A stretch of DNA of 62,541 nucleotides from Pseudobdellovibrionaceae bacterium (lineage in GTDB: Bacteria > Bdellovibrionota_B > Oligoflexia > Oligoflexales > Bog-1112), in contig PASJ01000004.1 of the NCBI GenBank assembly GCA_002711925.1, positions 1 through 62,541 of the forward strand, written 5' to 3'. The position numbers and the translations under genes were made by a program. The notes under the pieces were generated by a model, which was not told the DNA's origin, made no database searches, and worked only from the letters and a program-made list of their open reading frames with translations. Every line of letters starts with the position of its first letter. Within the stretch, counting starts at the first letter, position 1. Positions 55,433-62,541 of this stretch are shown here, piece by piece.

Positions 55433-58400
55433 TTAATAAGCTTCACCGCTTTGATCGTCATCTGTACTTTTATCTTCATCATGCTCGTGATCATCGTTGT
55501 GATCATCGTTGTGATCATCCTTATCATTCTGGTGAGCATCCTCGTGATCGTGATGATCTCCATCGTGGTGGTGGGCATCCTCTTGATCTTTATCCTCATT
55601 TAAATGCATTTCTGGATTAAGTAGAAAGTTAACAAAGTTAAGTATATCTGCGATATTTACTTTTCCATCCTTATTTACGTCTGATCTGTGACGTTCTTCT
55701 TTTTCTTCATTCTCATCTTCACTATTACTTAAGACATCTTGAATAAGTAGAACAAGATCTGTAATGCTGACTGTTTTATCTTGATTGATATCAAATATTC
55801 TATCGCGAGCTTCTTCAGGTTCGACACAATGACCGAGTGAGTCCACTATTTTTGTGCCGTTTAACTCACCGCTACAATCTTTGCAATACCCTGCATCAAC
55901 TACAATATGATCACCAAGTTCAAGAGTTTGATCATAAGTGTAATAAGTATGACTACTATCATCAACATTTACAGGGCAGTGTTTTGTACTTTCAGTTCCA
56001 TTTTTCGGCTTCCAAAGATTATCTCTTTCTTTCGTGAGATCAAGAGCTGGATATGAAAATAACTCATTTAAAGTACTGTATTCTTCAGATGAGTCTAGTT
56101 GACAAGCTACAATAAATTTTGAACCTTCTACTTTTTTACATTTTTTCTCCTCAGCAGCATCAGAAGTATCATGACCTTCGTGTTTTTCTGATCCTTCGTG
56201 GTCTTCATGTTCTTCTGGATCTGGACAATCATCAGTTGTAAAGTCGTCTTTAGTGTATTTTTCAACTAAGAAATGATTATCTTTCTTTGCCTTGGTTGGG
56301 AATTTAAAGCCAGGTATACTTGCGTCGTAGTCATAGTCATGTTCTACCGTAGCAACATGAATGATTCCGCCAGGGCAAAGAGGTTCAAAGTGAGATACAT
56401 CAAATTTAATTGTTGAGCAAGTTGAGCCGTCTCCATTTGGAACACCACATTCATCGTGTATAGCACTTGATGAACATTCCATGTAGATATCAAGCTTTCC
56501 ATCACCAAAACAAACACCGTTACAGTCTCTATCCTTATCTTCGCAAAAATGACCGTTCACGTCAGCAAGACACTCATCTTCTGCCTCTTCAACACAAGCA
56601 CCACAATTATCTAGGTAATCTGTTCCACCGCACTCATCATCGCAGTCTTTAGTTGCAGGGCCTTGACAAACTCCAAAACAGTCTGCAACGGCATCACCAT
56701 GACAAACTCCTAAACAGTCACGCTCAAAAGGTTCACAATATTTTCCATTACGATCTTCAGCACAATCACGACTACTACTAGGGCAATTACCACACTCATC
56801 TAACGAATCTTTATCGCAGCAAGTTCCATACTTATCGTTACGACCTGATCCACCAAGATCCCCGTTGCAGTCTTTTTTACAGTCATTGCTTGGGTCTTCA
56901 TCACAAAACCCACAGCGATCAAGGTGAGCTAAACCATTACACTCTCCTCGACAATCTTTTTTCGCCTCACCATCACAGACTCCTTCACAATCAACAATTG
57001 CAAGTCCGAATGCTTCATCAGCGCAATCTAGACAGTCGTGACTTTCTGGAACACCCTCTTGATAACAGCCACAAGGACCTTCTGTTTTGTCGCCATGACA
57101 ATCACCATTACAATCTCTTTCTGAGTCAAGGCAATATCCATCGCCAAGGTCAGTGCACTGATCTGCATCTTTATCAGTAGCAATATCATTTGGGACACAT
57201 CTCTTGCAGTCATCAATACTAAATGCTTCATAATCTTCTTTATCTACCCACTCGCCTCGACAATCAACCTTGTCTTTATCTCTACAAACTCCTTCATTAT
57301 CAACAAGGTGTAGCATATCTTTTTCTTTTGAAAATTCCCCCATACAGTCTTCAACTTGAACCTGACATTCGGAGCTACAAGAATTACTATCAGTATTTTC
57401 TGAGTCTCCATCATCGCAACCTTCAACGATAAATTCAGTATAGTGTTTAAAAACTGGCTGGAAGTGCTCTTTATCCAATAAAGAAATATTTGAGTACACT
57501 TCTTGGTAGTCAAAATCCTCACCTTTTTCAAGAGCTTTCCAGCTTACGCCGTTATATGATGGTTCACCTTTAATTGAATCATATACTGCTTTACCAGTAA
57601 TGTGGATGAAGCGTTTCTCTCCTTTTTCTAAATGAACTTCGTAAAAGAGATTATTTTTCAAAGCTTCAGAGATTTCTTCAGAACTTTCTTGCTCCAGAGA
57701 AAAGGCAGAAGCTGTTATAACAGGCTCTAAATTGTCAGAGTTATGATCTTTTGATAAATAGACATCAAGGTTTTTACGGTCTTTTGTCCAGAATACATAA
57801 GTTGCTTCTTTAGGAGCTCTAATAAGACCAGAAATTGAGTAGAAGTAGGAATTCTCACCCTCATCGATACCAGGATCTGTTAGAGCTTGCGTGTCTGTTT
57901 CATCTAAGGGAGTTAGTGTATTTAAATAAGTTGGGTTTGGAGCAGAGAATTTACCTTCTAGGTTAAACTTGTCCCCACCGACGCAAGAATTAGAAGCATC
58001 AGTCGAATCGCAGGCTATGGTTTCACCATACCTCTTATATTCAAAATATAGCGAGTCTTGATCAACATGAGAGTTTTGTATCTTGTCACCACACCTATTT
58101 TCGAACTTGCAGGATCCATCTTCAACTTGAGCTTCATAGTCAAAGTTTGTTGCTAGTTCATCCGTGCAGCCTTTTTTCTTTTTGAGTTTGTCTTCTTGAC
58201 ATGAAGGCTCTTCAACAAGAGGTAAGGCTTTTGTTCCACCACCACAAACACAGCAGTCTCTGCTTGCATCAAAACCTGTAGAAGCAGAATTGTATTCACC
58301 ACCACAAGAACTTGAAGATTCAAACTCATTTTCATCATAGTATTCACATGATCTACCAAGAGAGTCTACACCATTTAAGTTGTTGACACACACATCATCT

Positions 58401-61400
58401 GAGTCATCATTTTCAACGATACATTCTCCGTAAACACCGTCACATGGACCTGGTATTTTTGCCTCAGGATCATAGTTTACTGCCTCTGGGTCCATACAGC
58501 CTTCAAGATCAGCGCATATTCCATTTTCTGGTCCAAAAATACAAGCTGTTTCAGAAAGCTGCACCGTAGCATCATCTTTAAAGTTACAGGCATCCTCAAG
58601 CAAACAACCATCTACTTCAGGAGTCTTTTTACCACAGTCACCTCCATCCCAGTTAAATGCACTACAGTAAAGGTCTAGATCACATTCTTCGTTTGAAAGT
58701 CGATTCAAATCTTCTTTTTTAATGTCAAGGAATAAGCATGAAACGCTTGGGTAGTATCTTTTTTGACCTGCAACTTCTTTTTCTAAAAGACAGGTGCTGT
58801 TGTCTTTTACTTGAGCTGTTGGGTTGTAGTTTATGGCATCTTCTCTTTGACACCCTTTAAACTTACACTCGCCTTCAACGTTAGCAAACTCATCGAAGTT
58901 TGTAGCTTCTTTGTCCATACAACCTTTTTTAGAACAAGAGTCATAAAGTTGATATGTTGCGTCTTCATTATAGTTATCAAAATAAGAATCCATACAACCA
59001 AAGATTATATCGTTATCATCGATTGTGTCTTGAGAGAATTCACAAGTTCCATCTTCTTCTTCGGCTTCAGAATCGTAATTTGTTGCATCACTTTGCTTAC
59101 ATCCTTTTTTCGAAGGAAACTCGCAAGTATCCCCTGATTCTAGTTCAGCTTTAAAGTTTTTTGCATCTATTTCTTCACAGAAGTTTTCAGCGCCTGTGAA
59201 CTCTTCACATCCACTACAGTCCCAGTTGAAAGTTTTTAATATATCAAACTTTGAGTAACCAATGGAAAGAGCTTCATCACAGTCTTTTGCTCCAAATTCA
59301 TGGTGGTCGAAGTGACAACCTGTTCCTGTGCTTCCACTTCCACTTCCACTTTCATCAGCTAAATCTTCTGCACAAGTTGTTCCTGTTGGAGGAGTGTCAG
59401 AACATTCAGAATCATCATGGATATTTGCAGCTGAGTTGTAAGTACAATACTCTTCTTCCATGCAACCACGAACTATAGATACTCTTATTTCTTGGCTTCC
59501 AACTTTTTCAGTAGTTCCTGGAAATCTATTTTCTCCCCAAGGTAAAAGCCAATTTTCATCGTGGGAGAAAGCACCTAAGTATTCAGTTGCCTCGAAAAAA
59601 CCATCTTGATCAAGAAGGTCCACATTATCAAGAGTATACGCAACTCCATTTAACTTGGGCATTGGATCATCATTAAAGTTGTCACCCATAAATATGTCTG
59701 AATCATCTGTGTCTGAATAAAGGATACTATCTGTGCTGTCATCTGTTGTAAAAGTATTAAGTAAGGTAGAATCATCATTTTCGGTGACCATGTAAATTTT
59801 TGAAATATAGAAGCTTTCTGGATTATCTTTTTTCTCGTCTGGTGTTTGAGTAAAACTTCCAAGAAAATCGTCAAACTTAACATACATACCCTCAGGAGGA
59901 AGATCAGTACCTGTCAGGATATTTTTGATTTCTCCACTTACATTCCCTTTTAATTTAATAAGATGTTCATAATAACCTAGAATCGTGACATTAGAAAGTC
60001 TTGGATTTGTTACACGTAAGTCATCTTCTCCTAGAATTTTTATTGCGGACTCGCTTGCGGTTGAAGTTATAAGATCAATAAATATAAATTGACCTCGTCC
60101 ATTATATCCACTATCCATTTGAAGATTATCTTTAACTGATTCTAAAATACTAACATACTTAAAATCAGCTGTTCCACCTTTAAATACAAGTCCATCATCA
60201 TTTGAATGACGGATCTCAATATTTTCTATAGTCGTTTTACTTCCAACACCAACAAACTCTAAAGCTGGCAAAGTTGTCCCAGCATGAAGGACTTTAACAA
60301 ATTTTAAAACACCTGAATTATCTTCTGGCTTATCTCCTCCACCAGTTCCGTAGCCGATAATCTCTTGAAGTGTATCAGCTGCTTCTCTTGTGAAGAAATC
60401 CCCTTGAATCGGAGCTCTACCAAAGATGTGAATCCCATCCCACTTTCCCCCTGGGCTAGATAGCAGTTCGTCACTGCTTGACGTGAAAGTAATAGCTTGA
60501 TCCTTTGTTCCTTGAGCATCAATTTTTGCTCCTCTTTCAATGACCAGTGAAGTGTCTTCATCAGCCAAGATAGTTGTTCCAGGCTCTATTTTTAATGTGG
60601 CACCTTCTTTGACAAATACTCTACAGTTTAAGATATGAATGAAGTCCTTTCTTAAAACCGTGTCGGTTTTTATTTCTAATGGTTCAGTAGAAGGACAAAT
60701 TTCTTTTTTAAATTTTATATTATCATCTAAAAGATCTTGTAATTTCGGCTCTAATGTGTCCTGATCAGCTTCAGTTTTAAGAAGAACTGAATATTGTTTG
60801 TTAGCCAAAAGATCGCTGTAAGACAAGTCATAGTCCGTTGAATTATTTTCATCGCTACTTTCGTCGTCAGTATCAGTGCTTTCATCATGTGTATCAGGTC
60901 CTTTAAGAATAATATTAACGTCAAAACCATCTTGCCATTCAAAGCTTAAAGTTGCTGGGTCATTGCTGTCGTCTAGTGAAACATTAAACGGCTTTTTATA
61001 TTCACAATGTTTTTGAGCGTGATATCTCACGCTTTCATCATAATTTGTAGCTCTAGAGTCCTTACAGCCTTTGTAAAAGCACTCACCAGAAATTGTAGCA
61101 TCAGCTCTATAGTTAAATGCTTTTTGATCCATACATCCAACTTTAATACATTCCCCTTCAATTTCTGCGTCAGAATTGTAGTTTGTTGCATCCTTTTCCT
61201 TGCACCCTTTATAGATACATTTATCATTGTCAACGGTGTAAGGGTCTTCTATGTAGTTTGTTGCACTTTCATCACCACAAGCTTGATTTACCGAGTTTGT
61301 TTGCTCTTCTGTACCCTCTTTATCTTCACTATGAAGCCAGTTTTGAAGGTCCTCTGAATGTGCTTTATAGTCAAGTTTTTCCTTTTCTTTATCACTAGGG

Positions 61401-62541
61401 TTTAGATGTTTTAATTCAAGTGTAAAACCTTCTTTGTTTTTTTCTTTAAATTCTACTGTTTGAACTGGTTCATCATTCCATGTTAAGGTAAGTGGTTCAC
61501 CTCTATCAACGAGAATATACATTGGAATATTATTCTCTAAATTATAACCATCTTCTGACTCAATAACTAGAAATGCTCCAGCAGCTAAAGTTGGATCTGG
61601 AAATTCATACGTTACGGCTCCTTCAAGTTTATAATTATCTAAGTCTATCGCAAAACTGTTTATATTTTTTACTTCGATCCATTCTTTGTGATCAGGGTGC
61701 CCATCAGCATCAACATAATCAGGTATAAAATTTATTTCATTGATTAAAAGATGATGCTGAAGTTGAAGATCATTTGGAAATGCATCAAAACCATCAAAAA
61801 CACCATCACCGTCTGAATCTTTATTATTAGGATCCGTTCCCGTATTTTCTTTATCTTCATAATTGTCATCATTTGTTTCATAAATATCTAAAATATGATC
61901 ACCATCACGATCAGGATCACAATCATCAATGATACCATCTTCGTCTATATCAGTAGGTGTCACACCATAGCCTAAAACTACTTTAGGATTCCTATCATCA
62001 ACTCTATCTTCGGTAGTTGATTCATCTAGGCATTGATCATTGTCATCGTCAAGGTCAGCATTATCACCAATACCATCACCATCAGTATCAGCCCACTCAT
62101 CTTTGTCATTAGGGAACTCGTCACTAACATTCTCATAGCCGTCTCCATCTTCATCATTTATATATGAATCTGAGCAGGCGCTACTATCATGTTTCGTAGC
62201 TTCAGGGTCATATCCTTCTTGGTCAGCTTCAATCATACACCCCGAGATGTCTTCAACATCAGGTATACCATTATTTCCAACATCTTTATCTTCTTTTTCA
62301 CCATTTTCATCCTCAAAATCATCATCAAGGCCATCTTTGTCAGTATCAGTAGATCTATCGTAATCTTTCGGGAAAGGATCATTTTCATCAAAAACACCAT
62401 CATCATCATCATCCAAATCTTCAGTGGCATCTTCACAACCGTCATTATCTAGATCTGTTACTGGACCTTGGCTTGAATCAGAGTTCGAATTCCAATTTGT
62501 TTTTGATTCAATCTCAGGGGTGTTGGAATCATTGTCATGAT
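55433..62541 (-). CDS. giant mosaic extracellular adhesin-like protein (5' end beyond window)
   Basis: The frame stays open from 62416 to the window edge, so the protein exceeds 2369 aa. Modules read by eye follow. Asp-rich Ca-binding TSP3-like repeats (DTDGDGIGDNADLDDDND, DSDGDGVFD). Lamin-tail domain (LLINEINF...HKEWIEVKN...DLDNYKLEG). 12 copies of a two-Cys GC-x3-A-x-NY module. Beta-helix-like region (VKEGATLKIEPGTTILADEDTSLVIERGAKIDAQG). PA14-like region. LNR-like CSAFNWDGGDC. A block of DC-x-G-x-C / CG-x-C repeats. Dockerin pair (DINQDKTVSITDLVLLIQ / DVNKDGKVNIADILNFVN). His/Asp tail. Confidence 0.8.
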   Translation of the reverse strand, partial: HDNDSNTPEIESKTNWNSNSDSSQGPVTDLDNDGCEDATEDLDDDDDGVFDENDPFPKDYDRSTDTDKDGLDDDFEDENGEKEDKDVGNNGIPDVEDISGCMIEADQEGYDPEATKHDSSACSDSYINDEDGDGYENVSDEFPNDKDEWADTDGDGIGDNADLDDDNDQCLDESTTEDRVDDRNPKVVLGYGVTPTDIDEDGIIDDCDPDRDGDHILDIYETNDDNYEDKENTGTDPNNKDSDGDGVFDGFDAFPNDLQLQHHLLINEINFIPDYVDADGHPDHKEWIEVKNINSFAIDLDNYKLEGAVTYEFPDPTLAAGAFLVIESEDGYNLENNIPMYILVDRGEPLTLTWNDEPVQTVEFKEKNKEGFTLELKHLNPSDKEKEKLDYKAHSEDLQNWLHSEDKEGTEEQTNSVNQACGDESATNYIEDPYTVDNDKCIYKGCKEKDATNYNSDAEIEGECIKVGCMDQKAFNYRADATISGECFYKGCKDSRATNYDESVRYHAQKHCEYKKPFNVSLDDSNDPATLSFEWQDGFDVNIILKGPDTHDESTDTDDESSDENNSTDYDLSYSDLLANKQYSVLLKTEADQDTLEPKLQDLLDDNIKFKKEICPSTEPLEIKTDTVLRKDFIHILNCRVFVKEGATLKIEPGTTILADEDTSLVIERGAKIDAQGTKDQAITFTSSSDELLSSPGGKWDGIHIFGRAPIQGDFFTREAADTLQEIIGYGTGGGDKPEDNSGVLKFVKVLHAGTTLPALEFVGVGSKTTIENIEIRHSNDDGLVFKGGTADFKYVSILESVKDNLQMDSGYNGRGQFIFIDLITSTASESAIKILGEDDLRVTNPRLSNVTILGYYEHLIKLKGNVSGEIKNILTGTDLPPEGMYVKFDDFLGSFTQTPDEKKDNPESFYISKIYMVTENDDSTLLNTFTTDDSTDSILYSDTDDSDIFMGDNFNDDPMPKLNGVAYTLDNVDLLDQDGFFEATEYLGAFSHDENWLLPWGENRFPGTTEKVGSQEIRVSIVRGCMEEEYCTYNSAANIHDDSECSDTPPTGTTCAEDLADESGSGSGSTGTGCHFDHHEFGAKDCDEALSIGYSKFDILKTFNWDCSGCEEFTGAENFCEEIDAKNFKAELESGDTCEFPSKKGCKQSDATNYDSEAEEEDGTCEFSQDTIDDNDIIFGCMDSYFDNYNEDATYQLYDSCSKKGCMDKEATNFDEFANVEGECKFKGCQREDAINYNPTAQVKDNSTCLLEKEVAGQKRYYPSVSCLFLDIKKEDLNRLSNEECDLDLYCSAFNWDGGDCGKKTPEVDGCLLEDACNFKDDATVQLSETACIFGPENGICADLEGCMDPEAVNYDPEAKIPGPCDGVYGECIVENDDSDDVCVNNLNGVDSLGRSCEYYDENEFESSSSCGGEYNSASTGFDASRDCCVCGGGTKALPLVEEPSCQEDKLKKKKGCTDELATNFDYEAQVEDGSCKFENRCGDKIQNSHVDQDSLYFEYKRYGETIACDSTDASNSCVGGDKFNLEGKFSAPNPTYLNTLTPLDETDTQALTDPGIDEGENSYFYSISGLIRAPKEATYVFWTKDRKNLDVYLSKDHNSDNLEPVITASAFSLEQESSEEISEALKNNLFYEVHLEKGEKRFIHITGKAVYDSIKGEPSYNGVSWKALEKGEDFDYQEVYSNISLLDKEHFQPVFKHYTEFIVEGCDDGDSENTDSNSCSSECQVQVEDCMGEFSKEKDMLHLVDNEGVCRDKDKVDCRGEWVDKEDYEAFSIDDCKRCVPNDIATDKDADQCTDLGDGYCLDSERDCNGDCHGDKTEGPCGCYQEGVPESHDCLDCADEAFGLAIVDCEGVCDGEAKKDCRGECNGLAHLDRCGFCDEDPSNDCKKDCNGDLGGSGRNDKYGTCCDKDSLDECGNCPSSSRDCAEDRNGKYCEPFERDCLGVCHGDAVADCFGVCQGPATKDCDDECGGTDYLDNCGACVEEAEDECLADVNGHFCEDKDRDCNGVCFGDGKLDIYMECSSSAIHDECGVPNGDGSTCSTIKFDVSHFEPLCPGGIIHVATVEHDYDYDASIPGFKFPTKAKKDNHFLVEKYTKDDFTTDDCPDPEEHEDHEGSEKHEGHDTSDAAEEKKCKKVEGSKFIVACQLDSSEEYSTLNELFSYPALDLTKERDNLWKPKNGTESTKHCPVNVDDSSHTYYTYDQTLELGDHIVVDAGYCKDCSGELNGTKIVDSLGHCVEPEEARDRIFDINQDKTVSITDLVLLIQDVLSNSEDENEEKEERHRSDVNKDGKVNIADILNFVNFLLNPEMHLNEDKDQEDAHHHDGDHHDHEDAHQNDKDDHNDDHNDDHEHDEDKSTDDDQSGEAY

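Noticed and set aside
55426-62452. About twenty 60-116-aa ORFs on both strands inside the giant gene (for example 55426..55620, 56890..57180, 58811..59137, 61007..61357).
   Set aside because: They overlap a single uninterrupted 7.1-kb frame with clear domain content. Their sequences are compositional echoes (His/Leu/Phe-rich) of the Asp/Glu/Cys-rich main frame.

Overview
This is a 62.5-kb, visibly AT-rich chromosomal segment (about one-third G+C by eye, not computed) from a diderm (Gram-negative) bacterium. KdsB, TonB, NagZ, SecG, many Cys-lipobox signal peptides and beta-barrel-type proteins ending in Phe are all readable. The gene content includes DUF1844, a Fis-like regulator, a fused E1 alpha/beta dehydrogenase, a ClpX paralogue without zinc-binding domain, many orphan exported proteins and marine-style cysteine modules. 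That mix suggests a Bdellovibrio-and-like or Oligoflexia-type organism, but this is inference only. I call 53 CDS and 5 tRNAs (Gln-UUG, Leu-UAG, Ala-UGC, Phe-GAA, Leu-GAG), plus a few repeats, terminators and promoter-like sites. I found no rRNA, CRISPR array, integrase, transposase, phage module or recognisable defence gene. The backbone is housekeeping: def, lon, grpE, fis-like, dnaB-rplI-rpsF, pth-rplY-prs-tRNA-Gln, mutS2, pilD, gltA, a pan operon, hpt, nagZ, glnS, mscS, kdsB, tRNA-Phe-secG-tRNA-Leu, an aldehyde dehydrogenase and an SDR. Seven parts deserve a second look. (1) An AT-rich island (19.9-26.1 kb) holds four orphan exported proteins, including two clear paralogues and an in-frame 21-bp tandem array. 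(2) A gene of more than 7.1 kb encodes a giant mosaic surface protein with eukaryote-like cysteine modules, a dockerin and a His/Asp tail. (3) An uncharacterised three-gene envelope operon lies at 41.9-45.9 kb. (4) A lipoprotein gene carries a G10 tract in its coding region and a G7 tract as its Shine-Dalgarno sequence. (5) glnS has an in-frame TAA at codon 7. (6) A 770-bp non-coding spacer has no assigned function. (7) A lipoprotein gene seems to need a non-canonical ATC start. I cannot point to a coherent, demonstrably new multi-gene system. The island, the envelope operon and the giant adhesin are the best candidates.
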